This document shows, piece after piece, positions 20,301-28,005 of a stretch of DNA of 32,000 nt. Numbering within the stretch: position 1 is the stretch's first letter; the number at the start of each line of letters is the position of its first letter. Under the pieces are notes generated by a model. It was not told where the DNA came from. It did not search any database and saw only the letters and a program-made list of their open reading frames with translations. The position numbers were made by a program, and so were the translations under genes. The DNA is from Candidatus Pelagibacter ubique HTCC1062 (GTDB taxonomy: Bacteria > Pseudomonadota > Alphaproteobacteria > Pelagibacterales > Pelagibacteraceae): contig NC_007205.1 in NCBI RefSeq assembly GCF_000012345.1, forward strand, positions 30,001 to 62,000, written 5' to 3'.

Positions 20301-20553
20301 AACAATAAACAAGGTAAGTGGAGGATCACCTCACATTGTTGATGTACTAAATTCTAAAAAAATTGCACTTGTAATTAATACAGGTGGTGGAAATAGTGAG
20401 CATCGTCTTCATGATGCAATGGCCTTAAGAAGAGCAACACTAGGGAATAAAGTTCCTTATTGTACTAACATGTCTACTGCTCAAGCTTGTTTAATGGGAA
20501 TTAGATCTTTAAAGACAAAAGAAATTACAGTAACTGCACTTCAAGATATTTAA
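17329..20553 (+). CDS. carB: Carbamoyl-phosphate synthase large subunit CarB
   Basis: 1074 aa with two ATP-grasp halves: [22 protein letters not shown] and [19 protein letters not shown], and [21 protein letters not shown] and [23 protein letters not shown]-terminal MGS-like allosteric domain follows. It overlaps carA by 23 nt. Confidence 0.97.
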   Translation: MPKRKDLKTILVVGAGPIIIGQACEFDYSGTQACKALKDEGYKVILINSNPATIMTDPGVADKTYIEPITLEVLEKILKKEKPDAILPTMGGQTALNLAMEAEKKGILKKYKIELIGANSKAISNAEDRKKFRKNMLDIGLDLPKSKVVSHIRDAAKALKQIGLPAIIRPAFTLGGLGGGIAKTEKEYLKIVKDGLHESPVNQILIEECLEGWKEFEMEVVRDKKDNCIIICSIENIDPMGIHTGDSITVAPALTLTDKEYQVMRNASIACLRKIGVETGGSNVQFAINPKDGRMVIIEMNPRVSRSSALASKATGFPIAKVAAKLAVGYTLDELKNEITKTTPASFEPSIDYVVTKIPRFTFEKFSTSEAVLGTSMKSVGEAMAIGRNFKESLQKALVSLEIGFSGLDRIFPLNKKQIEKELKKNIPNRILLAAEAFRKKINLKRVHQLCKIDPWFLQQIKEIVDEENNIQKKGLPKDYNEFNRIKSIGFSDKKLSEITKIPEDLVRKKRTALKVLPVYKKVDTCAAEFKSFTPYMYSTYQRNYALNSECEAEPSSRKKIIILGGGPNRIGQGIEFDYCCCQASYALKDSGFETIMINCNPETVSTDYDTSDRLYFEPLKEEYVYNIIKKEQQKGNLVGIIAQFGGQTPIRLAKFLHDNKLPILGTQYTSIDLAEDRDRFRKLLDRLKLKQAESGIAKTYKQAIQIAEKIGLPLMVRPSYVLGGRAMEIVHEKSQLKNFVEEAFKAAEDNPILIDKFISHAMEVDVDAISDGKQVFVAGIMQHIEEAGIHSGDSACCLPPVSIKPKLISEIEIQTKKLALALNVKGFMNIQFAIKNDEIYVIEVNPRASRTVPFVSKAKGLPLAKIASRVMAGEKLSKFNLKNKNKNLYAVKEAVFPFNKFPNSDLLLGPEMKSTGEVMGFDKDFGMAYAKSQIAASNSLPTKGLAFISLKDGHKDEGVDLAKQLIKLNFTLCGTGGTAEYIRKHGIKCKTINKVSGGSPHIVDVLNSKKIALVINTGGGNSEHRLHDAMALRRATLGNKVPYCTNMSTAQACLMGIRSLKTKEITVTALQDI

Positions 20554-20649
20554 TGTGAAGACAGTCCAGTATTTGCAATACTGAAAATCATATCTTCGTA
20601 ACTCATATCAAGGTTTAAAACGTACGATCTATAAAAATATTAATGATTA

Positions 20650-22881
20650 TTAAAAGATTTTCTTTAAATTAATCGTTGCTTCATCAAAAGTATTTGGTTT
20701 CAATACATCTTGATTGTTTAATTTAAAATCAATTTCAAAATCATTAATATTTTTACTTATCTTAAATTCAGATCCTAAATTTTCTGAGCCTGCTAATTTA
20801 AAAGCATAATTAGTTTTTCTGTTTGGTAAATATCCTATAGCTAAATGTATTTTATCAGTATGACCGGTGCCTAATGCTTGATTTCTCTCATAGATTAAAA
20901 AGATACTAAAACTATCTGGTAAAATTATATCTATACCTAATTCACCATTTAAATTGTGTAAAGCACCTGAGTTTAACTTGGTATCAAATTCACCACTTGT
21001 TGCATCAGAGACGTAAGAATATTTTATATTAGAAGAACGATTTAAGTTTGCTTTGTATTCTAATTTTCCATGCTTTCTAATTTTATATTTTTCATTTTTT
21101 AATTCATCAACTGCAGCAATTGAAAGTCTTGCATTTCTTGATCGAATGCCTTGCTTTTTAAATTTCATAGCAGTGTTACCACTTTCTTGATAACCATCTA
21201 ATAAAGTGTAACCAAGGTCTATTTGTCCAGAAGGGATTAGAATTAAATTATTTTTCTTAATCTCATCTTTTAATTTAATTGTTCCATATATTTGTCTACC
21301 TTTTCTATCAGCTGTTACACGTTCACCATCAAGCACTGATAAAATATCTGAATTAAGGACACCTACTCCAATAACTGTGTCTATAAATTTTGTATCATCT
21401 TCAATTGGGGATGAGGAATAATGGGTTAAATTATAAGTATTCGTATCTAAATTGCTTCCAGCTGAGCCAACATCAACATCATTTTTACCAAACCTAAAAG
21501 CAAGCCCCCTTATGCCATTATTTTTGGTAAATTTATCTGCTCCAACTGTAATTGCGTTAGTTTTAATCTTTTTAAATGAAGAAACATTTGTCTCTCCAAC
21601 TCTGCCAACTGCAATACTTCCTTCGCTCCAATAAAATACGTCTTGTTGTTTATCTTTTTTCTTTGTAGTAGCTGAGGTTTTTACAACTTTAGTAAGAGAG
21701 GCAAGCATTTGATTGGTAAAATTAAGATCTAAATTAAGATTAGTTAAGTTTTGATTATCTTTGTTTCTTCTAATCCACTTTAATCTATTTAAAGCAGTGT
21801 CCGTTGAGTGTTCTATAGTTCTTGTTGCAACTTCTATTTGTGCAATAGCTATTCCAGTTCTGACACCTGTTGTGATACTCGGACATTTTCCTTCAATAAT
21901 ATTAAAAGGACACACTAAATCAAATTCAAAAACTTCATCCTTTCCGTTTTCATCTTTGTCACTACCAATGTACATTTTAAGACCAACCGCACTAAATGCA
22001 ATTCCTCTTGGTTGAGTAATATCACTAGATATTGAAACTGTACCGTCTATTGTAAATGAAGAAGTGGAAAAAGCCACATCAAGGGAAATTTGAGTTACAT
22101 CTTGTGTACTACCATTGTGATCAACAGCCCAAAATCTTTTTCCATCTGGACTAAATCTTATTCCTTGAGGGTTTGATACTTCATCATTTAGTTCTATTCC
22201 TGCATCTGTAATAATTGATATGGTACTTAGATCGTATGCAGTTGAAAGTTGGTACTCTAATAATCTTGTGTCTTGACCCGTCGCTCCATGAAAAATTGCA
22301 AATAATTTTGTTCCATCATTATTAATCTCAATACCTTGAAGTCTGTTATTAGTTCCCTCAGTAATATCTCCAGCATTACTACCATCTTGTAGAGTACCAG
22401 TATCAAGGTCTGAAGTTTGATTTGCGAATGCACATGTTGAAACATCATAGGGGGAAGTTAAATCAAATCTAAATACTCTATCATCATTTGCAGTACCTTT
22501 AGCATTTCCCCTAGACACAAACAGCATCAATCCATCATTAGAGAATTCTAGATCAGTAATAGCACTAATAGGACCCGAAGTCGTGTCACCACTATTTAAT
22601 ATACATACCTCATCATCACTCGCATAAGTTTTTGTAGAGACATTGAATGGTGTGCTTAAATCATATTCATTTATATGTGCATAAACACTAGAAATTGCTG
22701 AAACTTTTCTTTGGGTCACTGTAAACATTTTTGTTCCATCAGAATTAAAATGGATGCCGTTTATAAAGTCACTCCTATCATTGACTGCTGCTGACTGTAT
22801 TTTGGTAACCATAGCTCCAAATGAATTTGAGATGGGAAGTATAAATAATAAAATTAAAATAAAGTTTTTTATAAATTTCAT
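20650..22881 (-). CDS. Autotransporter-like outer-membrane protein, paralog 1 (propeller-blade repeats plus C-terminal beta-barrel)
   Basis: 743 aa with signal peptide MKFIKNFILILLFILPISNSFGA. Five repeats of about 50-70 aa (aa about 38-333) have the core [FI].[FI].[NSP]DG.K[ML][FY] ... [EF][YF].L[ST][TS].[YF][DN].S (HFNSDGTKMF, FSNDGLMLF, INNDGTKLF, FSPDGKRFW, FSAVGLKMY). A Cys loop C324-x8-C333 and a helical linker (ALNRLKWIRRNKD) follow. From WSEGSIAVGRVGE onward there are about 325 aa of alternating hydrophobic pattern ending ...INLKKIF (C-terminal Phe). Confidence 0.8.
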   Translation of the reverse strand: MKFIKNFILILLFILPISNSFGAMVTKIQSAAVNDRSDFINGIHFNSDGTKMFTVTQRKVSAISSVYAHINEYDLSTPFNVSTKTYASDDEVCILNSGDTTSGPISAITDLEFSNDGLMLFVSRGNAKGTANDDRVFRFDLTSPYDVSTCAFANQTSDLDTGTLQDGSNAGDITEGTNNRLQGIEINNDGTKLFAIFHGATGQDTRLLEYQLSTAYDLSTISIITDAGIELNDEVSNPQGIRFSPDGKRFWAVDHNGSTQDVTQISLDVAFSTSSFTIDGTVSISSDITQPRGIAFSAVGLKMYIGSDKDENGKDEVFEFDLVCPFNIIEGKCPSITTGVRTGIAIAQIEVATRTIEHSTDTALNRLKWIRRNKDNQNLTNLNLDLNFTNQMLASLTKVVKTSATTKKKDKQQDVFYWSEGSIAVGRVGETNVSSFKKIKTNAITVGADKFTKNNGIRGLAFRFGKNDVDVGSAGSNLDTNTYNLTHYSSSPIEDDTKFIDTVIGVGVLNSDILSVLDGERVTADRKGRQIYGTIKLKDEIKKNNLILIPSGQIDLGYTLLDGYQESGNTAMKFKKQGIRSRNARLSIAAVDELKNEKYKIRKHGKLEYKANLNRSSNIKYSYVSDATSGEFDTKLNSGALHNLNGELGIDIILPDSFSIFLIYERNQALGTGHTDKIHLAIGYLPNRKTNYAFKLAGSENLGSEFKISKNINDFEIDFKLNNQDVLKPNTFDEATINLKKIF

Positions 22882-22885
22882 AAGA

Positions 22886-23026
22886 TTAAAATGTTGTTGA
22901 CAATTTAATACTCAGGTCTTTAAATTGTTTATTTACCACTTCAACTATTCCAGCTTGTGCTTGCATCAAAATAAAAAATGATGACACAAGTGAACCGACA
23001 GCTAATTTTCTTAAAAAAAATACCAT
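22886..23026 (-). CDS. Candidate 46-aa secreted mini-protein immediately upstream of paralog 1 (below the ORF-track size cutoff)
   Basis: Hand translation of the minus strand gives MVFFLRKLAVGSLVSSFFILMQAQA/GIVEVVNKQFKDLSIKLSTTF*. That is a positive n-region, a hydrophobic core and an AQA cleavage-type motif, leaving a 21-aa mature peptide ending in Phe. The stop lies 4 nt before the paralog-1 ATG. No Shine-Dalgarno is visible. It may be a relic or a chance ORF. Confidence 0.3.
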   Translation of the reverse strand: MVFFLRKLAVGSLVSSFFILMQAQAGIVEVVNKQFKDLSIKLSTTF

Positions 23027-23176
23027 AATGAAAAATACTATATAAAATTTAATTTAGCGGTTTTTCAGCTCTTTTAAGTGCTCAAAACGGGCAGAAATTC
23101 TAATATTGAGTGCGTTTTATCGAGGATAAAATAATCTTCATCAAAAATTCAAATATATAAATTTTAATAAATCAAG

Positions 23177-25348
23177 ATGCTTAATTTAATAAAAAAAAGT
23201 AAAAAATTAATTATAAAAGGTGCTCTTAAACTAAAAGTATTTTTAGTTTTATTTAGTTTATTTTTTTCATCACTAGCTTTAGCTGAACCTACATTTATTG
23301 CTAATTTTAATGTCCAAGACAAAGAAACTTCACCTACTGGGATAACATTTAATCCTGATGGTACCAAAATGTTTATTACAGGAATAAATATGCGAAAAAT
23401 ACTACAATATAATTTAACTACAGCTTTTGATGTTACTTCAGCAGCTTTTGAAAAGTCTGTGTTAATCCAAGTAGAACAGGATAAACCACAAGATGTAAAA
23501 TTTAATTCAGATGGAACTGTAATTTTTCTTTTAGGAACGGGAACTGGAGTAATAGATGGAGTGGATGCTGCTAGAAATGGGATTCATAGATGGTCTTTAA
23601 GTACACCATATGATATTGGATCGATCACTCCAGCAAATACCACTTTTACTGAAGTTGGTGGTGATAACCCAAGAGGATTAGCTTTTAATAATGATGGAAC
23701 AAAAATGTTTATTTTGGATAATACTGCTCAGCGGGTAGAAGAATACAATCTTTCAACACCATATAACCCTGATACTAAAGGTTCTGTAGCCAACACACTT
23801 GGTAATGCAAGGAGTGCTAGTCATCAGGGACTAGGTTTTAATAATGATGGATCAAAAATATTTATAGTAAAACAAGACAATAAAATTGATGAATATGCTT
23901 TATCTACTGCTTTCGATCTATCAAGCGCAACATTAACTGGTACAGTCTCACCGACATTTCCAGTTACAAATAAAAGGTTAAGTGGCTTTGCTTTCAATAG
24001 TTCTGGAACAAAAATGTATCACTTAGATTGGCATACACTTACTGATGCTGACAATGTAAATGAGTATAGCTTAAGCTGTCCTTTTGCAGTTGTTAGTTCA
24101 TCAACGTGTGGAGCCCCACAAAAAAATAAAGATGTAAGGGGTGTAGTTGATGCACAAATTAATACTGCTAAAAATTTTGCTAAAGATTCAAGTCAGTCTG
24201 CTTTAAAAAGATTATCTATTTTAAGAGCGAATAAATACTACAACGCAAGTGCACAAAATATAGAGTTAAACTTTCAAAATGAATTATTAAAGAAAGTATC
24301 CAATAATGTTTTAAGTTCCGCACAAGCTAAATTAAACCCACTTCAAAAATTAGATCAAATTTTACCTAATGATTGGGAGGTATGGTCCGAAGGTAGCATT
24401 AGTTTTGGAAAAATTGGTGAGAGCTCCTTAAGTTCTGCTCAAGATATTGATAGCCTTGGTATAACTGTGGGTGTTGATACAAAAATGGATGATGATAAAA
24501 TATTAGGAGTTGCTTTAAGAGTGGGTAGCACTGATGTTGATGTTGGAACCTTTGGTTCTAAAGTTGATACAAATGCATTAAGTTTATCTCTTTATGGAAT
24601 TAACAGTTTAGAAAACAGTAATTATTTAAAACACGTTTTTGGAGTTAGTTATTTAGATAGCAATATTGCAAGAAAATATGACGGAAATACCGACGCAAAT
24701 AAGGGTGAACGTGAGGGTAAACAGGTTTTTGGTTCACTTAATTTTGGAAAAGAATATGAAAATAGTGATTTAATTATTACTCCAACAGGTCGTATCGATG
24801 GAAGTTATACAGCACTTAATGGTTATACAGAAAGTGGCATTGCAGCACTTAGTTATAATGATCAAGACATCAGTTCATTAATGGCTTCTTTAGGAGTATT
24901 AATAGACCAAGATGTTGATCTAGAAAATTCAACTGTAAGATCTAGAATTAATCTTGAATACAGTAAAGAGTTTGCCTCAAGCTCTAAGGTGGTAACAAGC
25001 TACGTATCAAACAGTGAAAGTTTTGAATATCAAGCTGATAACAAAAATAGAGATATATACACAGCAGGACTTGGTTTAGATTTTAAGCATGACCAAGGGT
25101 TAATAATTAGTACTGATTACGAAAGACAGCAAATCAAGGGTCATGGTTATATTAATAAATTTACATTATCAGCAGGCTTTTTATATAGAAAAGAAACAGA
25201 GTTTGCACTTGGTCTTGATGAAGAAATGACTTCGAGCTTTAAAATTTCTAAAGCACTAGGTGTATTTGATTTAGAATTTGATTTAGAAAATAATTTTTCA
25301 AATCAAGAAAATCATAATGCTAACTTATCTATATTAAGTAAATTTTAA
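23177..25348 (+). CDS. Autotransporter-like outer-membrane protein, paralog 2
   Basis: 723 aa with an extended signal peptide ending FSLFFSSLALA/EP. The five repeats are FNPDGTKMFI...QYNLTTAFDVTS, FNSDGTVIFL...RWSLSTPYDIGS, FNNDGTKMFI...EYNLSTPYNPDT, FNNDGSKIFI...EYALSTAFDLSS and FNSSGTKMYH...EYSLSCPF. A Cys loop C301-x9-C311, a linker (ALKRLSILRANK) and a barrel from WEVWSEGSISFGKIGE follow, ending ...LSILSKF. Confidence 0.8.
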   Translation: MLNLIKKSKKLIIKGALKLKVFLVLFSLFFSSLALAEPTFIANFNVQDKETSPTGITFNPDGTKMFITGINMRKILQYNLTTAFDVTSAAFEKSVLIQVEQDKPQDVKFNSDGTVIFLLGTGTGVIDGVDAARNGIHRWSLSTPYDIGSITPANTTFTEVGGDNPRGLAFNNDGTKMFILDNTAQRVEEYNLSTPYNPDTKGSVANTLGNARSASHQGLGFNNDGSKIFIVKQDNKIDEYALSTAFDLSSATLTGTVSPTFPVTNKRLSGFAFNSSGTKMYHLDWHTLTDADNVNEYSLSCPFAVVSSSTCGAPQKNKDVRGVVDAQINTAKNFAKDSSQSALKRLSILRANKYYNASAQNIELNFQNELLKKVSNNVLSSAQAKLNPLQKLDQILPNDWEVWSEGSISFGKIGESSLSSAQDIDSLGITVGVDTKMDDDKILGVALRVGSTDVDVGTFGSKVDTNALSLSLYGINSLENSNYLKHVFGVSYLDSNIARKYDGNTDANKGEREGKQVFGSLNFGKEYENSDLIITPTGRIDGSYTALNGYTESGIAALSYNDQDISSLMASLGVLIDQDVDLENSTVRSRINLEYSKEFASSSKVVTSYVSNSESFEYQADNKNRDIYTAGLGLDFKHDQGLIISTDYERQQIKGHGYINKFTLSAGFLYRKETEFALGLDEEMTSSFKISKALGVFDLEFDLENNFSNQENHNANLSILSKF

Positions 25349-25692
25349 TGAGTAAAATAAAAATAGTTTTCTATTTAGCTTTAGCTTTTATTTTTTATAA
25401 AGGCTTTGTTGCATTTCAAAATTTTGAAATTGGTGTTGATGACAGGGTTGCATCTATAGAAGAAAAAGCAGATTTTGAAAAAGAAGGTGAAGTAATTGGT
25501 CTCATGATGTACTTGGGCGACCCACCAGAATTATATGAACATTTATTAACTAAGAATAAATCTAGGTGTTTAGAAATGAGACAAACAGCAGAAGAGAGCT
25601 CCTCTGCATACTATGAATGCGCAAGAGTGAACGCCGTCCTTAAAGGTGGAAAAATTGTAAGTATTATTAATGAAATTGAAGTTATAGAATAA
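25348..25692 (+). CDS. Hypothetical 114-aa membrane-anchored/secreted protein, translationally coupled to paralog 2
   Basis: Its ATG shares the A of the paralog-2 TAA (TAATG at 25346-25350). It has an N-terminal hydrophobic helix (IVFYLALAFIFYKGFVAF), then a charged soluble domain with two Cys (C74, C91). I recognise no family motif. Confidence 0.6.
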   Translation: MSKIKIVFYLALAFIFYKGFVAFQNFEIGVDDRVASIEEKADFEKEGEVIGLMMYLGDPPELYEHLLTKNKSRCLEMRQTAEESSSAYYECARVNAVLKGGKIVSIINEIEVIE

Positions 25693-25700
25693 TTATTAAA

Positions 25701-27875
25701 TTAAAATTTATTTGAAATTTCTATATTTGCACCATAGTCAGGTACATCACTTATAAAATTATAATTAGAGCTCATCTTTAAATCAAATCCATTTATGTTA
25801 TTTGTATATGAGAAACTAGTATTTTCAAAATTATTCAGATCAAATACAAATTTCATTTCATCAATTGGCACATACCCTACAGATAAATAAATTTCATTAC
25901 TATGACCTTTGCCGTTAGATTGAAATCTCTCAAAATTTCCAACGAATGACCATCCTGTTATGGAAGTGACATCAAAACCATAACCAATTCTAAGATTATG
26001 CTTTGATTTATTTTCTACATTATAATTGTAAACTGTACTTTGACTATTAAGATAATAAAATTCTGCATCTGATGATGGGCTTAGATCTGCAATATATTCT
26101 AATCGACCATGGTGATTAATAATTTCATCTTCTTCTTTATCTGTATCTGTTTTATCTAAAAGGACACCAAGTGTTATTAATGCTGATTTAATATTTTGCT
26201 CTTTATAAAGTAGTGCATCAGCTAAACTATCTCCAACAACAGTTCTTTCTCTAAATGCTTTTAGTTTTGTGTACCCTAAATCTAATTTAATACCTGGATT
26301 GAGATTTAAATCTTCATCAACTATTCTTTTTCCAAAATTAAATGATCCATATATCTGTTGACCTTCTCGGTTTCCCTCTAAAATGTTACCATAAATAACC
26401 CTTTTTTGATCTATATCTAGTAAACTAACTCCAATTAATGCATCTGTAAAAACGTGATCATCTCTAAGTTTGGTATCATATAGGGCAAAACTATATGCAT
26501 CTGTCTCTAATTTTGTTCCACTACTTCCAATATCAACATTATCGTTTGCATACTGAAAGACGTATCCATGCATAGCATCTCTGTCATCATCTTTAATTTT
26601 ATCTGCACCAACTGAGATACCATAGCTGTGAAAATCTCTTGATGATGAATTTATAGATTTATTTTTACCTAAGCTAATTCTACCTTCACTCCATTTAAAC
26701 CAATCCTCACTATCATAACTTCTATCATTTTCTTTTTTAGAATTTTTAAGAGCACTAACTAATTTTGATATTTTTTCATTTGTAAAATCAATTTCTGCAT
26801 TAAGATTTGATAAATTATCTTTATTTTTATGTCTTCTTAACCACTCAATTCGATGAAAGATTGGAAGAGTATTGTTTTTAATTATACGTTTTGATAATTC
26901 GACATTTGCTTCAATGATTGCTTTAACATCATTATTATTTGAGGCATCAATACAAGTAATGGTACCAGCGCAAGCTAAACTATATTCAAAAATTTTATTT
27001 GTTGAAGCAGTAGAGCCAGCATCATTAGTAACAAACAACTTCGTAAAATTTGCTGTGAAAATAAAGCCTCTCATATGACTAACTCTGCTACCTAGCTCGT
27101 ATTCAGTAGAAGTAGAAGAAATAGTTGTGATATCCCAAGGTGTACTTAGAGTGTATTTATGTATATTATTATTACCATCACCTGCGACATACAAAATTGA
27201 CCCATCCGAATGCAATTGAATATTTCTCATTCCTCCGTCAGAAGAGCTGGCTAGACTGGCTGATAAAGAACCCACTGAAACTCCAGATCGAAGATCAAAA
27301 GGAGTTGTTAATATATATTCTCTTATTTTATCTTGAGTTTTTCCACCCACAAACATACGTGTTCCGTCAGGTTTAAATGTTAAAGTTCTTACTTGATCTT
27401 CATTGCCAACACCCGTTATGTCTACTTCAAATATTTTCTCACAATCCAATGTAGAAGTATCCCAAGCAGTTGTTAATTTAAATTGATAGACTGCAACTCC
27501 AGGATTTCCAGAGTGATCTTTGTTGGTAGTTATAAACATTCTTGTTCCATCAGGTTTAAATTCAATAGCGTGTGGTAACTGCATATCTGTACTACATGTT
27601 AATTTTGTTCCAGCTCCATCAACAAATGTTCTTGTTGCTGTACTTATATCGAATGGAGTGCTGAGCGAATATTGAACTATGTAGGCATCATGATTTGCAA
27701 CACGATTTGTTATATACATTATGCTTCCGTCTGGTTTAAAGTTTATTCCTCTAACACCAGGTACATCTGTGGATAGTATTTTTTCTTTTTGAAATTCTAA
27801 AAAAGCAAAAGCATTAGAATAAAATAATGCTAAAAAGCTAAATACAAAAAATGATGTTTTGAGAATTTTTTTCAC
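25701..27875 (-). CDS. Autotransporter-like outer-membrane protein, paralog 3
   Basis: 724 aa with a GTG start and signal peptide MKKILKTSFFVFSFLALFYSNAFA. The repeats are FKPDGSIMYI...QYSLSTPFDIST, FKPDGTRMFI...QFKLTTAWDTST, FKPDGTRMFV...EYILTTPFDLRS, LHSDGSILYV...KYTLSTPWDITT and FTANFTKLFV...EYSLAC. A Cys loop C302-x5-C308, a linker (IFHRIEWLRRHKNKDN) and a barrel from WFKWSEGRISLGK follow, ending ...IEISNKF. Confidence 0.8.
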   Translation of the reverse strand: MKKILKTSFFVFSFLALFYSNAFAFLEFQKEKILSTDVPGVRGINFKPDGSIMYITNRVANHDAYIVQYSLSTPFDISTATRTFVDGAGTKLTCSTDMQLPHAIEFKPDGTRMFITTNKDHSGNPGVAVYQFKLTTAWDTSTLDCEKIFEVDITGVGNEDQVRTLTFKPDGTRMFVGGKTQDKIREYILTTPFDLRSGVSVGSLSASLASSSDGGMRNIQLHSDGSILYVAGDGNNNIHKYTLSTPWDITTISSTSTEYELGSRVSHMRGFIFTANFTKLFVTNDAGSTASTNKIFEYSLACAGTITCIDASNNNDVKAIIEANVELSKRIIKNNTLPIFHRIEWLRRHKNKDNLSNLNAEIDFTNEKISKLVSALKNSKKENDRSYDSEDWFKWSEGRISLGKNKSINSSSRDFHSYGISVGADKIKDDDRDAMHGYVFQYANDNVDIGSSGTKLETDAYSFALYDTKLRDDHVFTDALIGVSLLDIDQKRVIYGNILEGNREGQQIYGSFNFGKRIVDEDLNLNPGIKLDLGYTKLKAFRERTVVGDSLADALLYKEQNIKSALITLGVLLDKTDTDKEEDEIINHHGRLEYIADLSPSSDAEFYYLNSQSTVYNYNVENKSKHNLRIGYGFDVTSITGWSFVGNFERFQSNGKGHSNEIYLSVGYVPIDEMKFVFDLNNFENTSFSYTNNINGFDLKMSSNYNFISDVPDYGANIEISNKF

Positions 27876-27978
27876 CTTAGCAGATTAATGAAATTAGGAT
27901 AAATACAACCGTGTTGGTGCCCAAATCGAATTAAATTTGTTAGCTATAATATCATTTTAGAGTTTTCTCACATGTCGT

Positions 27979-28005
27979 GTTGACAACTGATCAAAATGGG
28001 TGGAA
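27979..28005 (+). promoter_or_regulatory. 27-nt conserved promoter/operator-like element, copy A (upstream of the regulator gene)
   Basis: The sequence is GTTGACAACTGATCAAAATGGGTGGAA. It starts with a consensus -35 hexamer TTGACA. It is 26/27 identical to the inverted copy at 29873-29899. It ends 30 nt before the in-frame ATG at 28036. Confidence 0.5.

Noticed and set aside
20567-20583. A hairpin, CAGTATT-TGC-AATACTG, 14 nt after the carB stop, as a possible rho-independent terminator.
   Set aside because: The stem is only 7 bp with two G:C pairs. It is followed by AAAATC, not a T-tract, on the carB strand. That is too weak to call.
23030-23176. A slightly GC-richer patch (AGCGGTTTTTCAGCTC...GGGCAGAAA...GAGTGCGTTTTATCGAGG) in the 295-bp divergent intergenic region upstream of paralog 2, examined for riboswitch or sRNA structure.
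   Set aside because: I found only a 6-bp pairing (AAAACG 23084-23089 with CGTTTT 23113-23118) around a 23-nt loop. I recognised no known riboswitch core. It probably just holds the divergent promoters.
23191-23198. An A8 homopolymer just inside the 5' end of paralog 2, and similar A/T runs elsewhere, could be slipped-strand phase-variation switches.
   Set aside because: A/T runs of 8-10 nt are common throughout this AT-rich window, including inside essential genes. Examples are carA near 16502 and many in murEF. Their presence is therefore not evidence of phase variation.
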